The notes below the pieces were generated by a model. It was not told the DNA's origin. It saw only the letters and a program-made list of their open reading frames with translations, and did not search any database. 64,000 nt of DNA, from the IMG/VR virus record IMGVR_UViG_3300022200_000033, positions 13,078 through 77,077 of that record; one strand, 5' to 3'. Of this stretch, positions 40,905 through 50,428 are shown piece by piece. The stretch's first letter is position 1. Every line of letters begins with the position of its first letter. A program made the position numbers and the translations under genes. This DNA is from a virus.

Positions 40905-42190
40905 GATAGTTCAACTCCGTAGGTAGAAAATGTTATATTGCCCCCGCTATTATCCTTTGCCACAATGGAGGCAGATGCAGAAAGAACAATTCCTGGTTCA
41001 AGAATTTGTGTTTCATTTTGTGAAATTAGGGAAGATTTGTATAGGTTGTTAAGGGAAGGGGAAGAGTATGGTTGAATATCTTCTCCATAGGCAGAATCTA
41101 CCCAAACCTCACTTGAAGGCATTGTTCTAGCAGTCCACGTTATACCGTCTGTTGAGGATGCTGATGTAAACGAAGTTATGGAAGAAGCAACAAAAATACC
41201 GTTACCATATGTGATCGATTTCCAAAAATTAGTTGATGGAAGGGTGCTAGCAGTCCAAGTAGTTCCATTGGTTGAGTATGCGGCGGCGGCGGATATGTAT
41301 CCTGCTACAGCAACAAAGGTGTTATTACCATAAGTGACATCTTCCCAAGACTGACTTGATGGCAATAATCTAGCCGTCCACGATATTCCATTTGTGGAAC
41401 TTGCTGCGGCGTTGTCAGACCAGCCATATCCCCCAGAACCTGCAATAGCAACAAATACTCCACCTCCATAACTTATAGAGGACCAAGGGTTCATGCTTGG
41501 AAGACTAGATAGGGTCCAAGATATTCCATTTGTAGAATAGGCAGAGTCATTAAAACTATAACCTCCATCATTATAATATCTAGGAATAACTACGAAGACT
41601 CCACCTCCATATGTAACAGATCCCCAATACTTACTACCCGCAGCAATTGATGTAGATGTCCAAGTTATTCCATCTGTTGAATATGCTGCATCTGGAATAG
41701 AATATCCAGTAGCAACAGCAACAAACTTTCCATCACCGTAGGTTATATCGATCCACCAACTAGAACTAGACATTGTTCTAGGTGTCCATGCTATTCCATC
41801 TGTAGATGACGCTGCTGACGTACTTTGCTCTGCAATGGCAGAAAATATTCCATTACCATAGGAAACATGCCAGTCAGAATTTGATGGCATCGTGCTAGCG
41901 GTCCAAGTAGTTCCATCGGTTGAGTATGCGGCAGCGGTTTCACCAGAAACAATAACAAAAGTAGGAGATAAGATCTCAACATCGTCCAAATCACTTTGCT
42001 GTGTAACTCCACTCTCATAAACATTGATATCAAAGGTTGCAGATGAAGATGATCTATTTGTTACCGTGATATTTGAAACTAAAGATTGTGTATCTGCGGG
42101 GGCGACGTAAAGAAGTTTTTCTTTATCATCAGCAGGAGCAATTGCACCTAGTCTTTTATATGATTCAGGCATAATTCTATTATACACCAC
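40901..42190 (-). CDS. 7-bladed Asp-box beta-propeller adhesin 1
   Basis: Seven SxDGxTW repeats inside a YKRLGA...YGVELS scaffold. Confidence 0.85.
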   Translation of the reverse strand: MVYNRIMPESYKRLGAIAPADDKEKLLYVAPADTQSLVSNITVTNRSSSSATFDINVYESGVTQQSDLDDVEILSPTFVIVSGETAAAYSTDGTTWTASTMPSNSDWHVSYGNGIFSAIAEQSTSAASSTDGIAWTPRTMSSSSWWIDITYGDGKFVAVATGYSIPDAAYSTDGITWTSTSIAAGSKYWGSVTYGGGVFVVIPRYYNDGGYSFNDSAYSTNGISWTLSSLPSMNPWSSISYGGGVFVAIAGSGGYGWSDNAAASSTNGISWTARLLPSSQSWEDVTYGNNTFVAVAGYISAAAAYSTNGTTWTASTLPSTNFWKSITYGNGIFVASSITSFTSASSTDGITWTARTMPSSEVWVDSAYGEDIQPYSSPSLNNLYKSSLISQNETQILEPGIVLSASASIVAKDNSGGNITFSTYGVELS

Positions 42191-44945
42191 CTAGGATAAA
42201 CATGGGGTGAATTGTTGGCTGTACCGCCGAAGTTGCTACATCAACATAAGCAGTTGTTGCGATTTGTGTTGAATTTGTTCCTGCTGATGCTGTAGGAGCA
42301 GTTGGTGTTCCAGTAAATGTTGGAGATGCAAGTGATGCCTTGGCAGCAAGGTTGGCAGTGGTAGGGATCTCATATCCACCAGCAAGGGTGATTGCAAGAG
42401 TTCCAGATGAAGTTATTGGGCCACCAGATATAGAAAGACCTGTTGGTACTGATGCATTTACTGAAGTTACTGTTCCTGTAGTAGTCGAATACCCCTGAGA
42501 CTTTACATAAGCAGTTGTTGCAATTTGAGTAGTATTAGTTGCTGCTGAAGCAGTGGGGGCAGTAGGAGTACCAGTAAGTGTTGGGCTTTCTAGTGGAGCC
42601 TTTTGCCCTAGTGATGTAGATATGGTAGTTGCAAAGTTTGGATCATCACCCAATGCTGCAGCAAGTTCATTAAGTGTATCTAGGGTTCCTGGAGCAGAAT
42701 CAACTAGAGCAGCGGTTTCAGCCTTCACAAAAGCTGTAGTGGCAATTTGTATTGTATTAGTTCCTAGTGCAGCTGTTGGAGCGGCTGGAGTTCCTGTAAG
42801 TGTGGGAGAGGCAAGTGGGGCTTTTGTAGACAAGTCAGTGGTTAAGTCAGTAATTTGTGATTGAGATAAAGTAAGTGCATCAGCCTGACCAGATGCGTGA
42901 GACGCTGCGTGAGCAGTGGGGGTACGAGAATCTGACAAACGGGAATCTGCAGTAACAACAGCAGTTCCTGTAATTGCTGACGGTGAAATACCAGTATCAG
43001 GGGCAGCACCAATATCACTAGGGGTCAATACATCTGAACCACCAGTAGCGTGTGAACTTTTATGTGAGGTTGGTGTTCTGGAGTTAGTCAACCTACTATC
43101 GCTATCTATAACAGCGGTACCAGATATTTTTGATGGGTCAATTGCTGCAGTAGCGTTAATGTCAGCATTAACTATTGTACCGTCAACAATTTTTGCTGAA
43201 GTAACGGAATTATCTGTGGGTGTTCGATTGTCTGAAAGACGAGAATCACTTGTGTAGATCAAATTTGCTGTATTGGTAATTCCGTGAACTGATGTAGTTG
43301 CTGATGTATGTGAGTTTAGCGTTGTTGTGTCAGCCTTGGCTCCAATCTGAGAGGCAACAGTAGTAGCAAAGTTAGCATCATCTCCTAGAGCTGCAGCAAG
43401 CTCATTAAGAGTATTTAGTGCTTCTGGTGATGAATCTACTAAATTACTAACTGCAGTATCAGTATATGAATTTGAATTAGATTCTGCTGTTGCTGCAGAA
43501 CCTGCTGGATCGTAATTCACAGCAAGGCCATCGGAATAAGAGTTAGCTGCACTCTCTGCAGAGTCAGCAGCGGAATCTGCATAAGTTTTAGTCGCAAGAT
43601 CTGCCGTGTTTGCTATTCCATGAACACTTGTTGTAGCGTTTTCGTGATCTGTTAAATCAGAAGCGACTGCTGAGGCAGAGCCAGAAGAATCGTAGTTGCT
43701 TGCAAGGCTGTCAGAATAAGTATTAGCAGTAGATACTGCATCTGATTCGGCAGTATCTACATATGATGTAGTGGCAAGTAGAGAGGTATCTGAAATTCCA
43801 TGAACACTGGTCGTGTCTAGATTATGAGTAGAAACTTCACTAGATGCTGTACCCGCTGCATCATAATTAGATGCAAGGCTATCTGCATAGGAATTAGAAG
43901 AAGATACTGCATCTGACTCAGCGGTGTCTACATAAGAAATCGTAGCAAGAAGAGATGTATCTGCTATTCCGTGAACTGATGTAGTATCAGAATTGTGTGT
44001 AGAAATTTCTGTATCTGTGTAAGAGTTAGCATTGCCCTCTGCTGTTGCCGAACTGCCAGATGGGTCGTAATTAGGGGAAAGACCGTCAGAATAAGAGTTG
44101 GCAGATGTCACTGCATCAGACTCAGCTGAATCAACGTATGAAATAGTAGCAAGTAAAGATGTATCAGAAATACCGTGAACATTTGTAGTTGCTGATTCAT
44201 GACTTGTAAGATCTGCATCATTTGCTTTAGTTGCAATGCTGTTAGTAACTGTAGTAGCAAAATTTGGATCGTCTCCAAGTGCCGCCGCTAATTCATTAAG
44301 GGTATCAAGTGTTAATGGAGCAGAGTCTATTAAGTTTGCTGCTGCGGTAGTAGCAGCATTATCTGCATAGGTTTTAGTAGCAAGAGCAGAAGTGTCTGCG
44401 ATCCCATGTACATTTGTAGTATCAGCGTTGTGGGTAGATAAAGATGAATCAGAATAACTTTCTGCATTTGACTGCGCTGTTGCAGATGATCCCGCTGGGT
44501 CATAATTAGAGGCAAGTCCATCAGCGTAGGATTCTGCTGCTGTTTGGGCTGCTGAGGCTAAACCAATAGCATCATAACTAGATGCAGCATTAGCCTGAGT
44601 CAAGTAAGTTGAGGAGGCAGTTGATACATCAAGTTTATCTGCCAAAGAATTTGTAATTGTTGATGCAAAATTTTCGTCATCACCTAAAGCTGCTGCCAAC
44701 TCGTTTAATGTGTCTAATAGTGCTGGAGCTCCATCAAGAACTGATGAAACTGAAGAGTCAATAGCACTTTGAATTTCAGCTGGAGTTAAATTAATATATA
44801 AAAGATTTGACCAAGTTGAAGAACCATCTCCAATCTTTATTTTTTCTAAATCTGTTGATATAGCAAGTTCTCCTGATGCAAGCACTGGATTTGCTGAAGA
44901 CCACTGTGAAGAGGTTCCTCTTCTTATTTGAATTAAAGTTGCCAT
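42180..44945 (-). CDS. Long repetitive tail fibre
   Basis: Mtd/hyaluronidase-type N-terminus (IQIRRGT..W...NPVLASGE...KIGDG), 4x LDTLNELAAALGDD, 6x HxxxTTxVHGI, 3x SPTxTGTP. Confidence 0.88.
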   Translation of the reverse strand: MATLIQIRRGTSSQWSSANPVLASGELAISTDLEKIKIGDGSSTWSNLLYINLTPAEIQSAIDSSVSSVLDGAPALLDTLNELAAALGDDENFASTITNSLADKLDVSTASSTYLTQANAASSYDAIGLASAAQTAAESYADGLASNYDPAGSSATAQSNAESYSDSSLSTHNADTTNVHGIADTSALATKTYADNAATTAAANLIDSAPLTLDTLNELAAALGDDPNFATTVTNSIATKANDADLTSHESATTNVHGISDTSLLATISYVDSAESDAVTSANSYSDGLSPNYDPSGSSATAEGNANSYTDTEISTHNSDTTSVHGIADTSLLATISYVDTAESDAVSSSNSYADSLASNYDAAGTASSEVSTHNLDTTSVHGISDTSLLATTSYVDTAESDAVSTANTYSDSLASNYDSSGSASAVASDLTDHENATTSVHGIANTADLATKTYADSAADSAESAANSYSDGLAVNYDPAGSAATAESNSNSYTDTAVSNLVDSSPEALNTLNELAAALGDDANFATTVASQIGAKADTTTLNSHTSATTSVHGITNTANLIYTSDSRLSDNRTPTDNSVTSAKIVDGTIVNADINATAAIDPSKISGTAVIDSDSRLTNSRTPTSHKSSHATGGSDVLTPSDIGAAPDTGISPSAITGTAVVTADSRLSDSRTPTAHAASHASGQADALTLSQSQITDLTTDLSTKAPLASPTLTGTPAAPTAALGTNTIQIATTAFVKAETAALVDSAPGTLDTLNELAAALGDDPNFATTISTSLGQKAPLESPTLTGTPTAPTASAATNTTQIATTAYVKSQGYSTTTGTVTSVNASVPTGLSISGGPITSSGTLAITLAGGYEIPTTANLAAKASLASPTFTGTPTAPTASAGTNSTQIATTAYVDVATSAVQPTIHPMFILGGV

Positions 44946-44978
44946 CTATTATCTCCTTTTAAATTATATCATAAACTA

Positions 44979-45350
44979 TTAATAAGACCCTCCATCATAA
45001 TTACCAACAAATACTGTTTCTGATGGAGAACCTCCATCTATAGAATTGTCAAATACCGTTGTGTTATATGATCCCCCATCAAGTGTGGGAACATCTGAAA
45101 AATATGAAAACTCTTTCCAAATTGAATTAAAATAAATTGCTGTTTTTCCGTTGCTTGTATTATAAAAAAGTTGTCCGTTTGATGCAGAGCTTGGATATTC
45201 TGAACCATTTTCAACAATAGTTGCTGATGAAAGACCATCAACATACTCCTTGGTCGCAAGGTGCTGTGGCAATGTGGGGTTTGCAGCCGTTACATTTCCA
45301 GTAAACGTTGCTGCAATTGCCTGAATTGTTGTTAAAAATCTTTTAGCCAT
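44979..45350 (-). CDS. Small fibre-associated protein
   Basis: MAKRFLT start shared with the neighbour, 'HLATKEYVD', DGG repeats. Confidence 0.65.
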   Translation of the reverse strand: MAKRFLTTIQAIAATFTGNVTAANPTLPQHLATKEYVDGLSSATIVENGSEYPSSASNGQLFYNTSNGKTAIYFNSIWKEFSYFSDVPTLDGGSYNTTVFDNSIDGGSPSETVFVGNYDGGSY

Positions 45351-45419
45351 GTTTTTTATAATCCCTTTCTTGATTTTGGAGAAGGTAGGATTGTTTTACC
45401 CTACCTCCTCCTAATCAAA

Positions 45420-47036
45420 TTATCCTACAATAACTACACGATATGCATTTGCACTTGGTGCAGAAGCAAATGATACGGTTACTGTATCAGCATCTGTTCT
45501 AACAACGTCACACTCTACTGTTTCCTTTGTTGCATTATCATGAACGCTTACAACAACGTCTAGAGTATTTAGGTTATGAGAAAGTGCAAATGATAGATTA
45601 GATCCATTTCCTACACTGGCTGATACCTTATGAGTAACACCAACAAGCTCTGCTTGAATGGATGATATGTCTGATGCATTTGTTGATACATCTCCTTCAA
45701 CAGTTGTCAATCTTGAGTCAAGACCTGAGATATTGGAGGCATTTGTAGAAGTATCCCCCTCGTTGGTTGTGACTCTTGAATCAAGAGCTGAAATGTCAGA
45801 TGCATTTGTTGAGATATTTCCTGTATTTGTTGAAATATCGCCCTCAGCAGTGGTTAGTCTTGAATCTAGTCCACTTATATCTGATGAATTTGTGGATACA
45901 TCTGACTGAAGTGTTGAGATGTCTCCTTCATTTGTAGTTACCCTTGAATCAAGAGCACTGATATCTTCTGCGCTTCCAACTGTTAGATAAGATGTTCCGT
46001 CTTCTGTGTACTGCCACTTATCAGATGTTTCGTTCCATCTAATTGCTACATTTGCAGAAGTTCCTCTTTCAACCTCAACTCCAGCATTTGCAGCTGGGGT
46101 TCCAGTTACACCAGAGTTTAAGGTAACAATATTGTCTTCAACGAGGAGCTCTGTTGTGTTTAATGTTGTAGTAGTACCATTTATAGTAAGATCTCCAGTA
46201 ACAACAAGGTCATTGTTAACCGTTAAGTTATTACCAATAACAACATCGTCTGGAAGTCCAATTGTTACTGCTCCGACAGAGGCTGAAACCTCTACCTCAT
46301 TTGCTGTGCCAGTAAGAGAAGAAACTGCAGAATTAGAATCAATTGTTAAAGCTAGACTGATGTCTGAAGTTCCATCAAAAGATGCTGATGCTGTCGCATC
46401 ACCTGTAATGCTAATAGTTCTTGCTGTTTGTAGTGCAGTTGCTGTATCTGCATTACCTGTTAAATCACCAGTTACATCTACAGAAATAGATGCTGGAAGA
46501 TCTACTGAGACTGCCGCTGATTCTGATCCAGAACCTGTAACAGTAACGTTGGATGACCCTGCAACGGTAGCTACATAATTTCCAGTAGTATCTGTTCCTA
46601 GTGCTACTGAGTTTGCAACCACACCGCTAGCAGTTGTTGCTGTAGCAGCATTTCCAGTTGTATTTGCATTGATTGTTGCTGGAAGACTGATGGTGATATC
46701 TCCAGTAGACGTATCAACGTCAACTTCATCTGTTGTGCCAGTTACACTAAGTACTCCTGTGTTTACGATGGTAAGAATATTGTTCTCATCATCATATGTA
46801 AGACTTACTCCATTTCCTGCTGCGAGTAGATTGTCTATGTAGTCCTCAATTTCTTCTTGAGAACCTCCTACGTTTGCCCACGCTGAACCAGTCCAAACCT
46901 TGATTTTTGAATCAACTGTGTCATAGTAAACTTGACCAGTGGCTGGTGTGCTTGGTGGCGTAGCAAGATTTTGAATAGCTGCATTTTGTATCTCAAGCTT
47001 ATTCAAATCAATTGGTGTTAAAAATTTTCTAGCCAT
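45420..47036 (-). CDS. Tail fibre with trimeric coiled-coil repeats
   Basis: 'DISALDSRVTTNEG' repeats, 'VEDNIVTLN..NAGVEVERG', C-terminal HNLNT domain. Confidence 0.8.
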   Translation of the reverse strand: MARKFLTPIDLNKLEIQNAAIQNLATPPSTPATGQVYYDTVDSKIKVWTGSAWANVGGSQEEIEDYIDNLLAAGNGVSLTYDDENNILTIVNTGVLSVTGTTDEVDVDTSTGDITISLPATINANTTGNAATATTASGVVANSVALGTDTTGNYVATVAGSSNVTVTGSGSESAAVSVDLPASISVDVTGDLTGNADTATALQTARTISITGDATASASFDGTSDISLALTIDSNSAVSSLTGTANEVEVSASVGAVTIGLPDDVVIGNNLTVNNDLVVTGDLTINGTTTTLNTTELLVEDNIVTLNSGVTGTPAANAGVEVERGTSANVAIRWNETSDKWQYTEDGTSYLTVGSAEDISALDSRVTTNEGDISTLQSDVSTNSSDISGLDSRLTTAEGDISTNTGNISTNASDISALDSRVTTNEGDTSTNASNISGLDSRLTTVEGDVSTNASDISSIQAELVGVTHKVSASVGNGSNLSFALSHNLNTLDVVVSVHDNATKETVECDVVRTDADTVTVSFASAPSANAYRVVIVG

Positions 47037-47054
47037 TTTTTATCCTTCTCCTTT

Positions 47055-47339
47055 TCATGATAAATATGCCTTTCCAGCAAATGCCCCTGAGAATGTCGCT
47101 ATGACTGTATTTTCATCGGGGTAGGAATAATCTCCTTCAACTACTGATCCAGCTGAATCAACTACGGTAATATTTGGAATAAAACTCAAACCATGAGTTA
47201 TGTTCCATCTGGCAGATGCAGATGCTTGTGTAAATACATATGCCAAGACTTGAGTAACTCCTGAAGCACCTTGCGGTCCTGAAGTTCCAAGCTGTACGGT
47301 GGAGCTACTGCCAACAATCTCTACTGTTACATTAGCCAT
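47055..47339 (-). CDS. Small structural protein
   Basis: 'W.ITHGL...PNITVVDSAG...FSGAFAGKAYLS'. Confidence 0.65.
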   Translation of the reverse strand: MANVTVEIVGSSSTVQLGTSGPQGASGVTQVLAYVFTQASASARWNITHGLSFIPNITVVDSAGSVVEGDYSYPDENTVIATFSGAFAGKAYLS

Positions 47340-47686
47340 TATGTTGTCACCTCTGGGGTAACTATAAACTTGCCTTCAATAACTCTGTAAACTGTGTCAT
47401 CAGTAACTAACTCAAGGTCATAGACATATTCTTTTGCATAAAAGCTTGATGTTTCTTCAGCACTTATTAGAATGTCTATGGTCCCCTCTGATCCACCTAA
47501 GGTTATACCACCATTTTCCGTAGTAATGTTAAGTATTGGAGCGCAAGTTGATTTATGTTTATCTTTTGCCTGCATCCTTGCGGTATACCCTGTTAAGTTA
47601 ACTGGAACATCATCAATTTTCCAAGTAAGTGTCTTAGAAAAGGTTGCCCCTTGAGGGCATATTATGTTATATTTTCCAGGTGTCAT
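47339..47686 (-). CDS. BppU-like adaptor protein (paralog of 35018-35371)
   Basis: 'QGATF...PVNLTGYTARMQ...YVYDLEL.....RVIEGKFIVTPEVT'. Confidence 0.7.
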   Translation of the reverse strand: MTPGKYNIICPQGATFSKTLTWKIDDVPVNLTGYTARMQAKDKHKSTCAPILNITTENGGITLGGSEGTIDILISAEETSSFYAKEYVYDLELVTDDTVYRVIEGKFIVTPEVTT

Positions 47687-47794
47687 TCAACGGTAATCTC
47701 CTAATTTAATAACTTGATTATATCATGATTTAAATAAACCAATATACAATGATAACGACTCTATAACGATATTTAAGATATTTGATGGTACGAC

Positions 47795-47822
47795 TTGACA
47801 AGTATTTTTTATGCTGTACACT
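47795..47822 (+). promoter_or_regulatory. SigA-type promoter for thyX
   Basis: TTGACA-N16-TACACT. Confidence 0.55.
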
Positions 47823-47910
47823 TTTCTTTATAGTCTTTAAGAGAAGAGAATAAGTGATCTCTATCTTACTGGTAACTGATCCCCGCAGGGGATAAACGAA
47901 AGGGTTTAAG

Positions 47911-48603
47911 TTGATTTCTGTTTTGGATCATGGTTATATAAAGTTAATAAATAATATGGGTTCTGATTTAGATGTAGTAAATGCTGCAAGAGTTTCTTTT
48001 GATAAAGAAGTTTCTTCTCTTGGCGATAAAGATATTAATCTCATTAACTTCCTGGTAAAAGATAAGCATGATTCTACTTTAAGACATTGTGTTTCTACCT
48101 TTGAAATCTATGCTCCTCTCATGGTAGCTAGACAATGGTATAAACATGCAGTTTCATCATCCCACCTGGATGATCAACTTGGTTGGAATGAATCTTCTAG
48201 AAGGTATGTTACTGAGAAAGAGCAATTCTACATCCCTACTGTCTTTGAGTGGCGCAGTGCCCCAGAGAACCGCAAGCAGGGGTCAGGGGAGTCCGTAAAT
48301 AGTGAAGTTGGGGCAAAGTGTCTCCAAAGATTACGAGCCTCTGTAGAGCGTGGAATCAGAGATTATGAAGAAGCACTCAAAGATGGGGTAGCCCCAGAAC
48401 AAGCACGACTCCTTCTCCCCGCATACGCAATGTATGTACGTTGGAGATGGACTGCTAGCCTCAATGCTCTCCTACACTTTGTAAGTCTACGAGACAAGCA
48501 AGATGCTCAATATGAAATTAGGGAATATGCTAAGGCAGTCAACACAAGCCTTCATCAACTCTACCCTCATACGACAAGAGCCTGGAATGAGTTTAGGATT
48601 TAA
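47911..48603 (+). CDS. thyX: Flavin-dependent thymidylate synthase
   Basis: 'VVNAARVSF','H.S','ARQWYKH','WNESSRRY','EQARLLLP','AQYEIR.YA'. Confidence 0.93.
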   Translation: MISVLDHGYIKLINNMGSDLDVVNAARVSFDKEVSSLGDKDINLINFLVKDKHDSTLRHCVSTFEIYAPLMVARQWYKHAVSSSHLDDQLGWNESSRRYVTEKEQFYIPTVFEWRSAPENRKQGSGESVNSEVGAKCLQRLRASVERGIRDYEEALKDGVAPEQARLLLPAYAMYVRWRWTASLNALLHFVSLRDKQDAQYEIREYAKAVNTSLHQLYPHTTRAWNEFRI

Positions 48604-48706
48604 TTGATGCTTTTCCGTGCGGCGAAAATAGAAGAAAACAATACAAACATGTATATACGTTCTTCAGTTCGCACGAACATCTGCACAGTTGCTTCTAAGG
48701 AAGCAT

Positions 48707-49081
48707 ATGCAGTCTAAACGTGCAAAAAAGCGAGCAGCTAAATGGAGATTGGCAGGAATGATTAAAACTTCTATAGGCTGTAAAGATTGTGGGTATAATA
48801 AAAGTCCATATGCTTTACAATTTGATCACATAGGAGATGACAAAAAAGGTAGTGTTTCCAATCTTATACGCTCTGATTATTGCTGGGGTACTATTAAAAC
48901 AGAAATATCAAAATGTGAAGTTGTCTGTGCTAATTGTCACGCTGTTAGAACAAAAGAAAGAGGACAGCATAATTCACAAACGTATGATGCTACTTCATAT
49001 CACGAATCTGTTGAGAAAGGTCTTCAATCTTACGCTCAAGGGCTTTATTCTCAAAAAGTAATTGTTGATTTTGACCTTTAA
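48707..49081 (+). CDS. HNH endonuclease-like protein
   Basis: 'GCKDCG','LQFDH','EISKCEVVCANCH'. Confidence 0.85.
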   Translation: MQSKRAKKRAAKWRLAGMIKTSIGCKDCGYNKSPYALQFDHIGDDKKGSVSNLIRSDYCWGTIKTEISKCEVVCANCHAVRTKERGQHNSQTYDATSYHESVEKGLQSYAQGLYSQKVIVDFDL

Positions 49082-49331
49082 GAGTAAGTAGGTCTTCTCT
49101 TAGTAGTTTGTTTTCATTGATGAGTTCATCTATCTTACCTTTGGTATCTACTAGCTCAATGCGTAGTTCATTCATTGTTAGCTGCATTGTTTCTACTGCA
49201 TTTTGTGAGGACTCACTAATAGATTCATAAATTTCAGCTACATGCTTTTTTCTATTGGTAAGCCAGGTAATTAAAGCTGCAAGTGGGGCAGCTAGAATTC
49301 CGATGATGGCAATGAGTATTGCTCCATCCAT
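48990..49331 (-). CDS. Membrane-anchored coiled-coil protein (lysis region)
   Basis: N-terminal TM helix followed by heptads. Confidence 0.65.
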   Translation of the reverse strand: MDGAILIAIIGILAAPLAALITWLTNRKKHVAEIYESISESSQNAVETMQLTMNELRIELVDTKGKIDELINENKLLREDLLTLKGQNQQLLFENKALERKIEDLSQQIRDMK

Positions 49332-49786
49332 TACTTTGTAATGCTCCTATAAAAAGCATAAAGGTCAAACGCCCTTACTGCAGAGGCAACAGCCATACCA
49401 ATCCAGATGGTAAACCATATGAGCCAGGAGAACACATTCTCTGGGTAACTTACTACTAGTGCTCCAACATAAGATAATGCTGTTGCAGTTGCTGCTGCAG
49501 CAATAAAGAACCATCCATACATTTCACTCATTAGTGCAAATATAGGTCTTTTCTTCCTATTACATGTTAACGATAACATAATAACGCCCGATGGAATCAT
49601 CAGATAGACACTAAGAATAGTTACTATCCAAGAGTAATCTTCTATGATAAAGGATTCGGGCCAACCGTCATCTACGATTCCATATACCCCCAACAAAAAT
49701 AATACAAAAGCTATATAAAAGTCAAAAGGACGCTCACGCAAATGATTACGGAACATCCCTTTGATAGTATTAAGTTTTGAGGTCAT
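49331..49786 (-). CDS. Four-TM membrane protein
   Basis: Four hydrophobic segments. Confidence 0.65.
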   Translation of the reverse strand: MTSKLNTIKGMFRNHLRERPFDFYIAFVLFLLGVYGIVDDGWPESFIIEDYSWIVTILSVYLMIPSGVIMLSLTCNRKKRPIFALMSEMYGWFFIAAAATATALSYVGALVVSYPENVFSWLIWFTIWIGMAVASAVRAFDLYAFYRSITK

Positions 49787-49830
49787 TACATTTTTTTCTC
49801 CTAGTGTATCTTATACTATTATAGCATTTA

Positions 49831-50049
49831 TTATTCCACCAGAGATGGTGTTCCCTTTGTTCCTACACCAGCAGAAACAATGCTTGTTGCATAAGAAAGT
49901 AGTGCTCCTCCAAGAGCAAGACCAAGATTGGTTGCCCAATCTACATTAAATATATTAAAACTGCCTGCAGTTCCTAAAACTAAAATAAATTGTGCAAATG
50001 TTTTAAGTGCTCTTTCTGTTGATTCAATCCAAAATTTCTTTGTAAACAT
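49831..50049 (-). CDS. Holin, r1t family
   Basis: 'MFTKKFW....ERALKTFAQ...VDW......A.LS..TSI.S....GTPSL'. Confidence 0.85.
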   Translation of the reverse strand: MFTKKFWIESTERALKTFAQFILVLGTAGSFNIFNVDWATNLGLALGGALLSYATSIVSAGVGTKGTPSLVE

Positions 50050-50050
50050 A

Positions 50051-50272
50051 TTATTCCTCTTCCTTAGGTAATCTTACATCTTCATATACTGCTCCACCAA
50101 TGTATGCTCCAACTACTGTACCCATAAGAGCAAATGCTCCTAGTACAAGTGTTTCGGCCAAGGATGTTGAGTCCCATTTTATAGCAACATAGAGAATAAG
50201 GAACATTGAAAATAACAAAGATCCAAATACTGCTCTACGCCTTAGCTTCCACGATGGTCCATTTACTGACAT
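50051..50272 (-). CDS. Two-TM membrane protein (holin-like)
   Basis: 'W.LRRR', two TM helices, 'YIGGAVYED'; leaderless start. Confidence 0.65.
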   Translation of the reverse strand: MSVNGPSWKLRRRAVFGSLLFSMFLILYVAIKWDSTSLAETLVLGAFALMGTVVGAYIGGAVYEDVRLPKEEE

Positions 50273-50293
50273 AAAACAATTATAACAAATTTT

Positions 50294-50428
50294 TTACCAT
50301 TTGTACAATGGGCATGTTGCTAGTCGTAGTGTTATATAATCGTCTATCTCTTGATCGTTCTTAAGGCAAAAGCCATTAAGGTTCTCTATGCATTCCCCGC
50401 AGATTTTTATTCTTTCTGGATAATACAT
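50294..50428 (-). CDS. 44-aa DUF6171-like Cys protein, not in the ORF track
   Basis: MYYPERIKICGEC...FC...TCPLYKW; ATG 6 nt after TATAAT. Confidence 0.7.
   Translation of the reverse strand: MYYPERIKICGECIENLNGFCLKNDQEIDDYITLRLATCPLYKW

Noticed and set aside
48640-48690. LexA SOS box before the HNH gene
   Set aside because: GTTCG-CA-CGAAC has the half-sites in the wrong order for CGAAC-N4-GTTCG
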